Assembly (NCBI GenBank): GCA_032128115.1
Contig: JAQBHB010000047.1
Location: forward strand, 192,001 to 256,000
DNA from: Deltaproteobacteria bacterium
Lineage (GTDB): Bacteria; Myxococcota_A; UBA9160; SMWR01
Reading direction: 5' to 3'
DNA: 64,000 nucleotides
The position numbers and the translations under genes were made by a program. Shown piece after piece: positions 20,333 to 31,059 of this stretch (the stretch's first letter is position 1; every line of letters starts with the position of its first letter). A model generated the notes under the pieces. The model was given only the letters and a program-made list of their open reading frames with translations, searched no databases and was not told where the DNA came from.

Positions 20333-21745
20333 GTGTCCGACTCGTTGCGCTGGCCCCGGGAGGCCTGGATCCCGCTGCTCGCCGGCCTCTTCTGGCTGTG
20401 GCGGGCGCCCGAGCACGGGCTCGCGGGCTTCGTGTTCTCGGTGGTGCCCGGTTGTCTGATGCTGGGATCCGGGGTGGCCATGTTGCTGCTCCCGGGAGAT
20501 CGCCGCATCGCCAATTTCGCCGCCGCCGGCGGCGCCCTGGGTGTGATCCTGGCCCTGCCGGCCTTCTTCGTGGTGGGCTTCGGCTCCGGACTGCTGCTGG
20601 TGGCCGCCTCGGTTCTCGGCTTCTGTGCCGCCGGCGCCCACTCGGTGCGACTCGAGCCCGCAGTCGAGGATGTGCCGGCCCCCCGCCCCTCGCCCTGGCT
20701 CTACGCCCAGGTGGCAGTGGACGAGGCGCTGTTGGCCAGCATGCAGGTCAGCATTCTGTTGCTTCGCTCCGGTGACCACGACCGGGTGTCGCAGGAGGTG
20801 GCCGAGGCTCGCGAATTGTTCGCCGATTCGGGCTGGCTGGAGAAGCCCCTGGATTATCACCGGCAGCCGCCACCGCTCGAAAACCCGCAATTGCGAGAAA
20901 CCGGGATCGGGCGCATCCACTACGAAAAGCTGACCTTCGAGAGCGGTTACGCCCCGCACCCGGACGAGCCCGGACGCGACCGCTGGCTCTCCTACGAGGC
21001 GAACAAGCGCGGACGCGCCCTGGTCCTGCGCCACAAGGGCGGGCCGCGACCGTGGCTGGTGTGTATCCACGGCTACCAGATGGGCTGGCCCTTCATCGAC
21101 CTGGCTGCGTTCCCGCCGCCCTGGCTCCACGAACGGCTGGGGATGAACCTGCTGGTGCCGACGCTACCCCTGCATGGCCCGCGCAAGATCGGCCGGCGCA
21201 GCGGCGACGGCTTCATCGCCGGCGACGTGCTCGACAGTGTGCACGCCGAGGCCCAGGCCATGTGGGAGATCCGGCGCCTGCTCGGCTGGGTGCGCGGCGA
21301 GCAGGAGGCTCCGGCCGTGGGAGTGATGGGATATTCGCTCGGGGGTTACAACGCGGCGCTCCTGGCCTCGCTCGACGACGACCTGGCCTGCGCGATTCCC
21401 GGGATCCCGCTCGCCGACTTCAGCCGCGCCATGTACCGGCACGGGCCCGCGCTCCACCTGCGCGAGGTGGAGCAGAGCGGGATCGAGGCGGAGCGGGTGC
21501 GCGACGTGATGAGCGTGGTGTCGCCCCTGGTGCTCGAACCGCGGGTCCCGATGCAGGGGCGCTACCTGTTCGGGGCCGTCGCCGACCGCCTGGTGACGCC
21601 TGACCACGTGCGCGACCTGTGGGAGCACTGGGGCCGCCCGCGCATCGAGTGGTACCAGGGCGGCCACGTCAGCTTCCGCGCCCACCCGTCGGTGGTTCGG
21701 CTGATCAACGAGGCGCTGCGCGACACCGGACTCGCGCGCGCCTGA
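20333..21745 (+). CDS. Membrane-anchored alpha/beta hydrolase
   Basis: About four N-terminal TM helices; CIHGY, LPLHGPR, GYSLGG, YQGGH; RBS gggagg. Confidence 0.8.
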   Translation: MSDSLRWPREAWIPLLAGLFWLWRAPEHGLAGFVFSVVPGCLMLGSGVAMLLLPGDRRIANFAAAGGALGVILALPAFFVVGFGSGLLLVAASVLGFCAAGAHSVRLEPAVEDVPAPRPSPWLYAQVAVDEALLASMQVSILLLRSGDHDRVSQEVAEARELFADSGWLEKPLDYHRQPPPLENPQLRETGIGRIHYEKLTFESGYAPHPDEPGRDRWLSYEANKRGRALVLRHKGGPRPWLVCIHGYQMGWPFIDLAAFPPPWLHERLGMNLLVPTLPLHGPRKIGRRSGDGFIAGDVLDSVHAEAQAMWEIRRLLGWVRGEQEAPAVGVMGYSLGGYNAALLASLDDDLACAIPGIPLADFSRAMYRHGPALHLREVEQSGIEAERVRDVMSVVSPLVLEPRVPMQGRYLFGAVADRLVTPDHVRDLWEHWGRPRIEWYQGGHVSFRAHPSVVRLINEALRDTGLARA

Positions 21746-21776
21746 TCCCAGAACCCTCTCCCGGTGCGGCGACGGG

Positions 21777-21782
21777 TATAAT
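21777..21782 (+). promoter_or_regulatory. Perfect -10 box TATAAT, 6 nt before the ATG (probable leaderless promoter)
   Basis: gggTATAATccccggATG; no Shine-Dalgarno. Confidence 0.7.
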
Positions 21783-21788
21783 CCCCGG

Positions 21789-23438
21789 ATGGCGACGGTT
21801 GCGCCTTCCCAGGGGCGGTGGCTTTTCGGCCCCGCGCCCGATCTGCTGTTCGGCTGTGGATTGCTGTACGTCCTGATCTTCCTGGCGTACGCGGTGGCGG
21901 GCGCCGACCTGCGCGCCTCCGAGGCCCCCTACCTGTTCCCCCTGCTGGCGCTGCTCTTCAGCACTCCGCATTACGGGGCCACGCTGCTGCGGGTCTACGA
22001 GGAGCGCGCCAGCCGTCGCGCGTACACCCTGTTCGCCGTACACGCCACGGTCGTGGTGATCGTCGCCTTCGTGATCGGGCTCTACAACTCGTTTGTCGCC
22101 GACTGGATTCTCACCCTCTACTTCACCTGGAGTCCGTGGCACTACACCGGGCAGAACTACGGCCTGGCCGTGATGTTCCTGGGCCGCCGCGGCGTGCCGG
22201 TGTCGCCCGCGGTGAAGCGCTGGATCCATGCCTCGTTCATCCTGTCGTATGCGCTGGTCTTCGTGATGATGCACGCGGCCAGTGGCAGCGGCGTGGATCA
22301 GCCGCTGTTGAACTACCGCGGGTCGCCGATCCACTTCCGGTCGCTGGGGATTCCCCAGTCGCTGGTCGGAGTGCTGGCGCCCGCCATCCTGGTGGCCGGC
22401 GTCGTGGCGCTGGTGGGCAGCGGCCTGCTGTTGCGGCGGCGAGCATCGCTGCGGGATCTGATGCCCACGGGCGTGCTCGCGCTCACCCAGGTGCTGTGGT
22501 TCTCGCTTCCGTTCGCGGTCCACTTCCTGAAACTGGGATCCGGGATCGACGTCATCGACTGGCGGCTGCGCGACCACTTCCTGAACTGGATCGTGTTCGG
22601 TCACGCGATCCAGTATCTGTGGGTCACCACCTACTACGCGCGCGCTTCTCAGAGCTGGCGGGGCTACTCACCCTATCTGGGCAAGATCCTGCTGTCGGGG
22701 TTGGCGCTCTGGACGCTGCCGGTCGTGCTGATCGCGACCACCGGTGTGGGACAGGTTCCGTACTGGCTGGGCCTGGCTCTGTTGGCCGCGGCCGCCATCA
22801 ACATCCACCACTTCATTCTCGACGGAGCCATCTGGAAGCTTCGCAACAGCCGGATCGCCAGCGTACTGATTCGCAGCGAGAGCGAGGCGACGGGCGCGGC
22901 GACGGCCGAGGCTCCCCCATGGCGCCGCCGGCTGGTGTGGAGTGTGGCGGGAGTGGGCTTCGCCCTCGGGATCTTCTGCTTCTGGCAGGAGGAGCTGGTG
23001 ACACCGGCGGCGATTGCCCGCCGCGACTTCGACACCGCACGGGCAGCCATGAAACGGATGGGTTGGCTCGGGCGCACGAACCCGGTGGCCCTGAAGGCCC
23101 TGGCGCGGGCCGAGCTCGAATACGACCAGAAGCTGGCCCAACGGGAGGGCGAGCTGGCCGAACAGCCCAACCTCGCCGGTACGTTGCAGCTGGGTCAGCT
23201 CTACGAGGAGCAGGGAGACCTCGCGGCCGCACTGCGCACCTACCAGTCGGCGCTCGAGGCCGATACCGACGAGCGGCCCGAGCTCTTGTACCGCGCCGGT
23301 GTCGTGTCGCTGCGAATGGGCCGGACGGGACAGGCGGAAGAGCTGCTGCAGCGCGCGCTGATGCTGCGTCCCTGGCACGAGCCCAGTCGACGCGAACTCG
23401 CGCGTGCCCAGCAGGAACTGGCGACCGGGTCGTACTAG
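21789..23438 (+). CDS. Polytopic membrane protein with His-containing motifs and C-terminal TPR repeats
   Basis: Many TM helices; PHYGAT, WHYTGQNYG, GHAIQY, HHFILDG; TPR tail. Confidence 0.8.
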   Translation: MATVAPSQGRWLFGPAPDLLFGCGLLYVLIFLAYAVAGADLRASEAPYLFPLLALLFSTPHYGATLLRVYEERASRRAYTLFAVHATVVVIVAFVIGLYNSFVADWILTLYFTWSPWHYTGQNYGLAVMFLGRRGVPVSPAVKRWIHASFILSYALVFVMMHAASGSGVDQPLLNYRGSPIHFRSLGIPQSLVGVLAPAILVAGVVALVGSGLLLRRRASLRDLMPTGVLALTQVLWFSLPFAVHFLKLGSGIDVIDWRLRDHFLNWIVFGHAIQYLWVTTYYARASQSWRGYSPYLGKILLSGLALWTLPVVLIATTGVGQVPYWLGLALLAAAAINIHHFILDGAIWKLRNSRIASVLIRSESEATGAATAEAPPWRRRLVWSVAGVGFALGIFCFWQEELVTPAAIARRDFDTARAAMKRMGWLGRTNPVALKALARAELEYDQKLAQREGELAEQPNLAGTLQLGQLYEEQGDLAAALRTYQSALEADTDERPELLYRAGVVSLRMGRTGQAEELLQRALMLRPWHEPSRRELARAQQELATGSY

Positions 23439-23446
23439 GCCGGCGG

Positions 23447-24547
23447 GTGAGGGAGCCGGTACGAGGTCGCCGCTGGATCCGGATCGGTGCCAGCGTGGCG
23501 ATCACGATCCTCGCCGTGGCGCTGTTGCTGGAGTTCTCCGTGCGGGGCCTCGCCCGGCTGGGGATCGAGCTTTCGCCGCCATTGCCGCATTCAGATGCGG
23601 GTTTCTGGGATGGCAACCACGAGATCTTTGGCGTCTGGCATCGGCCGCGCGCCGAGTCTACCCACACCACGGATTGTTTCGACGTCCGCTATCGGACCAA
23701 CTCCATCGGCGCCCGGGATCGCGAGCGCGACGCGCGCGCGCGCGGGAGCCGGGTCGTCGTGCTCGGAGACTCGTTCGTCGAGGGCTGGGGCCTGCCGGTG
23801 AACCAGCGCCTGAGCAACCAGCTGGAGCGCGCCACCGGCATCGAGCACCTGAATCTCGCCATGGCCCACTTCGGCCCGTACCAGGCGTCGCTGGCCTACG
23901 CCGAATTCTCGCCCCGCTTCGAGCACGACGCGGTTCTGGTGGGGATCGCCCCGGTGAACGACTTCGTCGACCTGGACTACGAGCTGGCGCGGGGGGCGCC
24001 GGCCTATCGTTTCCGCTACCGGCCCTATCTGGTGGGGACGTACCCGGACTACGCGCCGCGCTGGCATCGCGAGTCGCGCCTGCATCGCGGGTTCCGGCGC
24101 TACTCATATGCCTTCAATGCCTTCGACTGGGCCCTGCACCGGTCCGGCGCCGATGACGCCTATGCGCCGCCGCTCAAGACCGGCGACGGGTACTTCCACT
24201 CGTACTTCTACGATTACAGCCCCGCCCAGTTCGATCTGCTCCGCGCCAGCCTGGAGCGGATTGCCCAGGTGGCCGGCGGCCGGCGGATGGCGGTCTTCCT
24301 GATCCCAGCCGAGCGCGACTTCGCGCGCTACGGACAGTCGGGCCCCGGTCCCCTGGCGCCGGCGCTCGAGGCCGTGGCAGCACCCCTGGGGGTCCGGGTG
24401 GTGAACCTGTTGCCCGAGATGTTCCAGGCTGAATCCAACCACCGGCGCTATTTCCTCCAATGCGACTACCACTGGAATGCGCGGGCCAACGAGCGCGCCG
24501 CCGCCATCCTGCAGCGCGAGCTGACTCCGTACTTCTACACGCCCTGA
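23447..24547 (+). CDS. Membrane-anchored SGNH/GDSL hydrolase family protein
   Basis: N-terminal TM, TNSIGARD, VLGDSFVEG, VND, DYHWN. Confidence 0.85.
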   Translation: MREPVRGRRWIRIGASVAITILAVALLLEFSVRGLARLGIELSPPLPHSDAGFWDGNHEIFGVWHRPRAESTHTTDCFDVRYRTNSIGARDRERDARARGSRVVVLGDSFVEGWGLPVNQRLSNQLERATGIEHLNLAMAHFGPYQASLAYAEFSPRFEHDAVLVGIAPVNDFVDLDYELARGAPAYRFRYRPYLVGTYPDYAPRWHRESRLHRGFRRYSYAFNAFDWALHRSGADDAYAPPLKTGDGYFHSYFYDYSPAQFDLLRASLERIAQVAGGRRMAVFLIPAERDFARYGQSGPGPLAPALEAVAAPLGVRVVNLLPEMFQAESNHRRYFLQCDYHWNARANERAAAILQRELTPYFYTP

Positions 24548-24614
24548 GCTGCGCCGGGCGTCGTATACTGCGTCGCGCCGGGGAGGGCGAGCGGTCGGCG
24601 GAACAGGAGGTTTC

Positions 24615-25040
24615 ATGTCGAAGGTCCGGGTCGAGGAAGAGCTGCAGGCGTCGGCGGACGCGGTCTGGAAGCTGGTGAGCGAGTTCGGCGGACTCAAGAA
24701 GTGGGCGGGCCCCATGATCCAGAGCATCGAGGTCGAGGGCGAGGGCATTGGCGCGCGGCGCACGATCTCGTTGCCCGGCGATGCCACCTTCCAGGAGGAG
24801 TTGCGTGCCTACGACGAGGGCGAGCGCAGTCAGAGCTACGCCATCGTGGGCCCGAGCCCGATTCCCGTGGCCGACTATCTGGCGACGCTCCACATCGTAG
24901 AGGCCGGACCCAACGCGTGCCGCGTCGACTGGAGTTCGACCTTCGAGCCCGCGGGTGTGGAAGAGGCCAAGGCCATCGCGATCGTCGAAGGGGTCTACAA
25001 GGGTGGCATCGCCGGCATCAAGAAGGCCCTGGGCCTGTGA
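24615..25040 (+). CDS. SRPBCC / polyketide cyclase-like protein
   Basis: ASADAVWKLVSEFGG, GIGARRT, CRVDWSSTF; AGGAGG RBS. Confidence 0.85.
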   Translation: MSKVRVEEELQASADAVWKLVSEFGGLKKWAGPMIQSIEVEGEGIGARRTISLPGDATFQEELRAYDEGERSQSYAIVGPSPIPVADYLATLHIVEAGPNACRVDWSSTFEPAGVEEAKAIAIVEGVYKGGIAGIKKALGL

Positions 25041-25807
25041 TGCCCGTCGCCGATTTCTCTCTGGCGGGGAAGGTGGCGATCGTAACCGGCGGGAGCCGGG
25101 GAATTGGCCGTTCGATCGCGCTGGGGCTCGCGGAGCACGGGGCGGACGTGGCCGTGGCGGCGCGCAAGCCCGAGGCGCTGGCCGAGGCGGTGGAGGCGAT
25201 CGAGAAGACCGGGCGCCGGGCCCTCGGCGTGGCCAGTAACGTGCGGCGAGCCGCCGAGCTCCAGAACCTGGTCGATGAGACGAAGCGGAGCCTGGGGCGC
25301 ATCGACATCCTGGTGAACAACGCCGGCACGAATCCCGTCTTCGGGCCGGTGCAGGAGATCGACGAGCGCGCCTGGGACATGATCATGAACACGAACGTCA
25401 AGTCGGCGCACCTGCTCTCGAACCTGGTCCGCGAGGCGATGCTGGAACACGGCGAGGGCGGCAGCATCGTCAACGTGAGTTCGGTAGGTGGCTACAGGGC
25501 CTCGGACGTGATTGGCGGCTATTCGGTCTCGAAGGCGGCGTTGATCATGCTGACCCAGGTGCAGGCCAAGACCTGGGGGAGGGACGGGATCCGGGTCAAC
25601 TGCATCGCGCCCGGGTTGATCGAGACCGAATTCGCGCGCGCCCTGTGGGAGGATCCCAAGACGCGCCGCCATTCCGAGGCGGACGCTGCCCTGGGTCGCA
25701 TCGGCGCCCCCGACGAGATGGCGGGCGCCGTGGTCTACCTGGCGAGCCCCGCCGCCTCGTTCGTCACTGGCCAGACCCTGGTGCTCGACGGTGGGCGCCT
25801 GCTCTAG
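25040..25807 (+). CDS. Short-chain dehydrogenase/reductase
   Basis: TGGSRGIG, NNAGTNP, YSVSK; TGATG coupling. Confidence 0.93.
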   Translation: MPVADFSLAGKVAIVTGGSRGIGRSIALGLAEHGADVAVAARKPEALAEAVEAIEKTGRRALGVASNVRRAAELQNLVDETKRSLGRIDILVNNAGTNPVFGPVQEIDERAWDMIMNTNVKSAHLLSNLVREAMLEHGEGGSIVNVSSVGGYRASDVIGGYSVSKAALIMLTQVQAKTWGRDGIRVNCIAPGLIETEFARALWEDPKTRRHSEADAALGRIGAPDEMAGAVVYLASPAASFVTGQTLVLDGGRLL

Positions 25808-25808
25808 T

Positions 25809-27023
25809 TCAGTTCAAGCGCTCCAGCACGAACTGGTCGACGATCTGGGAACGCAGGCGGTTCCAGCGCTCGGCGGGGACATCCTGGCTCTGGCAGCGCC
25901 CCTCGTGGCGCGGATCCAGCTCGAAGCATTGCGTGCGGCTCGCCGGGTAGTTCAAGAGCACTCCCACCAGATGGATCGCCGCGATCGCGGCGATGCTCAC
26001 GACCACGATCCGCCGGGGCCGCGCCAGGGCGCCCACCGCCAGATACAGGAACACGGTCGCCGGCACGTAGATGCGCAGGCCCGAGGAGAACGCGTACGGG
26101 ATGCCGAGCAGAAGGCCCGTGGTCGCCATCCAGATGAAGTTCGGGTTGTCGCGCAGGTCCTTCAGGCGCACGCCGCTCCGGAAGATGTCCAGGAAGATCA
26201 GCGTCCAGGCCGCTGCCCACAACGCGCCGCTGATCAGGACGGCGGGCACCGACAGGGCGTAGGCGCTGACCGGGACGAACGTGTAGAAGAGGCCCTCCAG
26301 GATCTTGATCGAGCGCAGGACCGCGACAATGGCCAGGTGCCCCGTGCTCTCCGGGTCGAGCAGGAACAGGCCGTGTCCGCCCACGTCCACGGCCGTGGCG
26401 TAGTAGGTGACGTAACCGAAGTACAGAAACAGGGGAACGCATACGAGCGTCTGCAGCGCCGCGCCGACACGCCCCTGCCTGTAGTATCGAAACGCGAATG
26501 CCAGGTTCTGGAACACGAATGGCGACTTCGAGGCGGCTGCCAGCACCAGCCATCGCGGCGAGGCGCGCGATTCGAAACCGGTGATCGCGAGGCACGTGAA
26601 CAGCAGCAGCAGCAGGTCGCTGCGCTGGGCGATCCAGGTGACGGCCCACAGGAACCCGGGGTGGCACAGCGCCGCCACCAGAAACAGCAGCGCCACCGGC
26701 GGAAAGCCCCGGCGCCGCAGCATGGCAACGCCGGCCAGCACGATGCCCGCGAAGAGCGCCACGTTGACGGCGTGCTGGAAACCCGACGAGGGGGAGATCT
26801 CGGCCAGCAGCACGCAGCTCAGACTCAGCATCGGTCGCCCGGCCACTGCGAACGGGTCGAAGAGGAACGCGCTCCAGGGGGTGGTGAGCAGCCGGAAGTC
26901 GTCGCCCCGGTACCCGAAGGAAAGGCTCGGCAGGTACAGGACCGCGAATGCGATGGCGAGGATCGCAGGCACCGCGGCCTGCCCCGCAGTGGGCCAGCCG
27001 GTCAGGGATCGGAAGCCGGTCAC
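25809..27023 (-). CDS. Polytopic membrane protein, possible GT-C fold glycosyltransferase
   Basis: Acidic DDF after TM1, GRP, HPGF..AVTWIAQRSDLL, ASK pattern. Confidence 0.55.
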   Translation of the reverse strand: MTGFRSLTGWPTAGQAAVPAILAIAFAVLYLPSLSFGYRGDDFRLLTTPWSAFLFDPFAVAGRPMLSLSCVLLAEISPSSGFQHAVNVALFAGIVLAGVAMLRRRGFPPVALLFLVAALCHPGFLWAVTWIAQRSDLLLLLFTCLAITGFESRASPRWLVLAAASKSPFVFQNLAFAFRYYRQGRVGAALQTLVCVPLFLYFGYVTYYATAVDVGGHGLFLLDPESTGHLAIVAVLRSIKILEGLFYTFVPVSAYALSVPAVLISGALWAAAWTLIFLDIFRSGVRLKDLRDNPNFIWMATTGLLLGIPYAFSSGLRIYVPATVFLYLAVGALARPRRIVVVSIAAIAAIHLVGVLLNYPASRTQCFELDPRHEGRCQSQDVPAERWNRLRSQIVDQFVLERLN

Positions 27024-28270
27024 CGGCGAACGCCGCCTGCCACCGGTGCCATCCGCAGGCGGGCGATCGCCAGGCAGGCGACCACGTAGCCGCCCGCCAG
27101 GATCTGGAAGGCCACGTCGTAGCTCCCGGTGACGTCGTAGATCCAGCCGGTGAGCGGCACCCCGACGGCCGTGATGGGGCTCTGGAAGGGGCGCATCAGT
27201 CCGGCCACCTTGCCGAACGACAAGCGGCCGAAGGCCGCCGCCGCGACCGACTGCTGCAGGGGGATCACGCCTCCCATGCCAAAGCCGAAGACGGCGGCTC
27301 CGGTGGCGAGATCCGTGTAGTCGGTGCCACCCATGATCAGGAGCAGGCCGATCAGCTGTCCGCCGAACGAGATCCAGATGGCGATGCGCGGATCAAAGCG
27401 GTCCACGAGCCGGCCGAATACGAGCTTTCCCAACACGCCCATGCCCGCCGAGGTCGAGAGCACCCAGCCGGCGCGGTACGCCGGTACGCCCCGGTCGTCG
27501 GCGTACGGGATCAGGTGCGAGAGCAGCGACGACAGCGCGAAGAAGGCCAGCCCGAAGGAGGCGACGATCACCCAGAAATTGGGGGAGCGCAGGATCTCGC
27601 GAGTCTTCCAGGTCCGTTCGGCGCCAACCGGGATGGGGGCATCCGGCAGCGGGATGGGCTCGCCGTCGGGCCGCTGCCCGATCTGCTCGGGGCGGTCCAC
27701 GACCAGAAGCGCCACCAGGGGCACCACCACCAGGGCCGTGGCCAGCGCATAGATTTCGAAGCTGCCGCGCCAGCCGCGGGCCGCGATCAGCCAGGTTGCG
27801 GCCACCGGCATCACCAGGCCCGAGAGCGAGATGCCCACCGTGGCCACGCCGAAGGCGGTGCCGCGCCGCGCCTCGAACCAGTTGGCCACGAGTTTTCCAG
27901 AGGCCATTCCTCCCATCAGCGACAGGCCGACACCGAAGAAGGTCCCCAGGATCAGGTAGTACTGCCACAGGAAGTCGATGCGCGAGAGCAGTCCGAAGCC
28001 CACGCTCACGATCACGGCTCCCGCGATCATGGCCCGCTTCAGCGACGCCCGATCGAGCAGGCGCCCGATGAAGGGAGCCGCCAGGGAGCCGGCGAAGCTC
28101 GAGATGGAAAGCCCGAGGCCCACGCTGAAACGCGAGCCTTCGCCCAGGTCGGCGGCGATGGGCTTGAAGAACACGCCGAAGGAGTAGAAGAAGAAGCCCA
28201 CGGCGATGAAGTCGACCACGAAGGCGACACCCACCATGCGCCAGCCGCGAAAGCCCGGGGCGGCGCTCAT
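27020..28270 (-). CDS. MFS transporter
   Basis: About 12 TM; GRLLDR motif A, NWFEARRGTAFG, GWIYDVTGSY. Confidence 0.92.
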   Translation of the reverse strand: MSAAPGFRGWRMVGVAFVVDFIAVGFFFYSFGVFFKPIAADLGEGSRFSVGLGLSISSFAGSLAAPFIGRLLDRASLKRAMIAGAVIVSVGFGLLSRIDFLWQYYLILGTFFGVGLSLMGGMASGKLVANWFEARRGTAFGVATVGISLSGLVMPVAATWLIAARGWRGSFEIYALATALVVVPLVALLVVDRPEQIGQRPDGEPIPLPDAPIPVGAERTWKTREILRSPNFWVIVASFGLAFFALSSLLSHLIPYADDRGVPAYRAGWVLSTSAGMGVLGKLVFGRLVDRFDPRIAIWISFGGQLIGLLLIMGGTDYTDLATGAAVFGFGMGGVIPLQQSVAAAAFGRLSFGKVAGLMRPFQSPITAVGVPLTGWIYDVTGSYDVAFQILAGGYVVACLAIARLRMAPVAGGVRR

Positions 28271-29655
28271 CGCGCGTCGCGTGCTTCGAGTCGGTCGAGG
28301 ATCTCGCGATGTGCCTGGCGCGTGAGGCCGTAGCCCCGTGCGATCCAGACCGAGAGCACCAGGAAGAAGGCGGGCGCGAGGCTCGTGAGCAACCGGATCG
28401 CCGTGATTACCTCGTCATTCTGCTCCGATTCGCGATCGAAGCCCAGCTGTCCAAGCAATGCCATGGCGAGCGCCACCGCCAGGGTGCCGGCCAGCTTGCG
28501 CACGAACATGAAGAAGCCGTAGTAGACGCCCTCGCGGCGCTCGCCGGTCTCCAGATCGTCCTCGTCCACCACCTCGCCCAGCATGGACCAGGGCATGAGA
28601 TCCACCATGGCGTAGCCAATGGCGCTCACCGGAACGAAGACCATCAGGGTCCAACGCGGCCATTCGGGCTGCACCAGCAGGAACAGGACCAGGGTGGCGG
28701 CCCACCACAGGGAGCCCACCTTGAAGATCGTGGCCTTCTCCGTCCTGCGCGCGATCCACATCCACGCGGGTAGTGAGGCGCAGACCGCGCCGACGAACAG
28801 GATCATGGTGATCTCGAAATCCCTGCTGCGGCCGATCCAGAACGTGAAGTAGAGGATCAACATGGCGCCGATCAGATCGAGCGCGATGCGGCCGCACAGA
28901 TAGAGGCCCGTCAGGCGGCGGAAGTTGCGATTGCGCAACAGGATCACCAGCCCCTGGCGGAACGAGACCTGCGGCGTTCGTGCCTGGAAGCTGGGTCGCT
29001 CCCACGTGCCCGCGTAGACGGCGAGCCACGGCACCGCCAGCACCACGCCAAGGATCGCTCCCGCCGCGGCGAAACCCCCGGCGCCGCCGCCCAGCGCATG
29101 GGCCATGGGGCGAACGGCCGCGGAGCCCACCAGCACACCGATCAAGGACCCCACATTCCGGTACATGTTGAGCGACGTACGCGCGTCGTAGCCGATGGCC
29201 ATCTCGGGTTGGAGCGCGAGGTAGGGCACCGAGAGCACCGTCATGGAGAGGCTCAGCACCACGTAGACCGCCGTGTAGTAGCCGAACATGACGAGCTGGG
29301 ATCCGGTGGCCAGGGGCGTCCACAGCAGGGCGAAGCTCGCGCCGAACGGGATGGCCCCGATCAGGAAGAACGGCCGCCGACGCCCGGCCTTCCAGCGGCA
29401 GCGATCCGACCAGCGCCCCATGGCCGGATCCGTGAAGGCGTCCACGCCGCGCCCGATCAGCTGCACCAGCCCCGCCAGCTCCGGGCGCAGCCCCGCTACC
29501 TGGGTCAGGAAGTAGCTGACGTAGACCACGTTCAGGGAGACCAGCACCGTGTTCACGGTGAAGTCGCCAAGGCCGTATACGGTCTTGCGCCCGACGTGAA
29601 GCCGAGGGTCCTCGTTCGCAGAGAATGCGTTGGGCGCGGACGAGGCTTGGCTCAA
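28267..29655 (-). CDS. GPH family (glycoside-pentoside-hexuronide:cation symporter) MFS transporter
   Basis: YGLGDF, DAFTDPAMG..SD, GRRRPF, TGERREGVY. Confidence 0.9.
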   Translation of the reverse strand: MSQASSAPNAFSANEDPRLHVGRKTVYGLGDFTVNTVLVSLNVVYVSYFLTQVAGLRPELAGLVQLIGRGVDAFTDPAMGRWSDRCRWKAGRRRPFFLIGAIPFGASFALLWTPLATGSQLVMFGYYTAVYVVLSLSMTVLSVPYLALQPEMAIGYDARTSLNMYRNVGSLIGVLVGSAAVRPMAHALGGGAGGFAAAGAILGVVLAVPWLAVYAGTWERPSFQARTPQVSFRQGLVILLRNRNFRRLTGLYLCGRIALDLIGAMLILYFTFWIGRSRDFEITMILFVGAVCASLPAWMWIARRTEKATIFKVGSLWWAATLVLFLLVQPEWPRWTLMVFVPVSAIGYAMVDLMPWSMLGEVVDEDDLETGERREGVYYGFFMFVRKLAGTLAVALAMALLGQLGFDRESEQNDEVITAIRLLTSLAPAFFLVLSVWIARGYGLTRQAHREILDRLEARDAR

Positions 29656-29688
29656 GAGAACTCTCGGGCGTGGTGCCGAGCGTCGATC

Positions 29689-30885
29689 CTAGGCGATGTC
29701 TGCCTTGCGATACAGGGTGACCACGGCGGCGCCACCCAGACCCAGGTTGTGCTGCAGCGCCACCTTCGCGCCGTCCACCTGGCGCTTGTCGGCTGCGCCC
29801 CGCAGCTGCCAGTTGAGTTCCGAGCACTGGGCGAGGCCCGTGGCTCCCAGGGGGTGGCCCTTGGAGATGAGGCCTCCGGAGGGATTCACCACCACCTGGC
29901 CGCCGTAGGTCTGAGCGCCCGAATCCACGAAAGCGCCCGCCTTGCCCTCGGGGCACAGGCCCAGGGCCTCGTAGCTGATCATCTCGTTGGCCGAGAAGCA
30001 GTCGTGCAGCTCGACCACGTCCAGGTCTTCCGGCCCGAGGCCCGACTGCTCGTACACCTGCTGGGCGGCCTTCTTCGTCATGTCGGAACCCACCAGCTTG
30101 ATGCTGCTCTTTTCGTCGAACGAGCTGGCGTAGTCGGTGGTCATGGCCATGCCCAGGATCTCGACCGCCTGGTCCTGAAGGCCGTGCTTCTTCACGAACG
30201 ACTCGCTGGCCAGGATCGCCGCACCCGCCCCGTCGGAGGTGGGGCAGCACTGCAGCTTGGTGAGCGGCTCGTACACCATGGGTGAGTTCATGATGTCTTC
30301 CAGGCTGTACTCGTCCTGGAACTGGGAGTACGGGTTGTTCACCGAATGCTTGTGGTTCTTCCAGCCGATCTTGGCGAACTGCTCGAGCGTGGTGCCGTAC
30401 TTCTCCATGTGCTCGCGGCCGGCGTTTCCGAAGAACTGGGGCGCCGCCGGCGCCTTGGCGAAGCCGCGCATCTCGATCATGAGCTTCGCGTGCTTGTCCA
30501 TGGGGTTGGTGCGGTCGGTGTACTTGATGCCCAGCGACCCCTTCTCCATCTTCTCGAAGCCCAGCGCCAGCACGCAGTCGGCCAGGTCGCCCTCCACGAA
30601 CTGCTTGGCCATGAACAGCGCCGTCGATCCCGTGGCGCAGTTGTTGTTCACGTTGTAGATGGGGATCCCGGTGAGTCCGAGGGTGTAGACGGCGCGCTCA
30701 CCGGCGGTCGAATCGCCGTAGCAATAACCCACGCAGGCCTGCTCGATCTGGTCGTAGGCGATGCCCGCGTCCTCGAGGGCCCGGGTTCCGGCCTCCTTGG
30801 CCATGTCGGGATAGTCCCACTCCTTCGAGCCGGGCTTCTCGAACTTGGTCATGCCGACGCCGACGACGAACACCTTCCTGCCCAT
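29689..30885 (-). CDS. SCP-x-type thiolase ('lipid-transfer protein')
   Basis: [45 protein letters not shown]. Confidence 0.93.
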   Translation of the reverse strand: MGRKVFVVGVGMTKFEKPGSKEWDYPDMAKEAGTRALEDAGIAYDQIEQACVGYCYGDSTAGERAVYTLGLTGIPIYNVNNNCATGSTALFMAKQFVEGDLADCVLALGFEKMEKGSLGIKYTDRTNPMDKHAKLMIEMRGFAKAPAAPQFFGNAGREHMEKYGTTLEQFAKIGWKNHKHSVNNPYSQFQDEYSLEDIMNSPMVYEPLTKLQCCPTSDGAGAAILASESFVKKHGLQDQAVEILGMAMTTDYASSFDEKSSIKLVGSDMTKKAAQQVYEQSGLGPEDLDVVELHDCFSANEMISYEALGLCPEGKAGAFVDSGAQTYGGQVVVNPSGGLISKGHPLGATGLAQCSELNWQLRGAADKRQVDGAKVALQHNLGLGGAAVVTLYRKADIA

Positions 30886-30987
30886 GGATCCTTCTCCTCG
30901 ATCGAGCGCTTCGGGCCGCTGGGTCCGGAGCCTGCTCTGCTCTGTCCCGCCGGAAGGCGGGATGGGTTGGCTGGATTGACTCCAGAG

Positions 30988-31059
30988 TCAACGGAGCCTA
31001 GCACCCCGCAACGCGGATAGAAGCGCCTCTACGCGCTGCTCGATCTCGTCGCGAACCCT
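30988..31059 (-). pseudogene. Possible remnant of the C-terminal helix of an ArsC / low-molecular-weight phosphatase gene
   Basis: Intergenic frame reads RVRDEIEQRVEALLSALRGARLR*; no start codon or P-loop; begins at a G8 run. Confidence 0.45.

Noticed and set aside
19670..24547. Apparent long N-terminal extensions or fusions in ORF-track entries 19670-21745 and 21818-24547 (also 49124-51709 and 49169-51892)
   Set aside because: The extensions overlap neighbouring real genes; downstream starts with an RBS, -10 box or signal peptide fit better.
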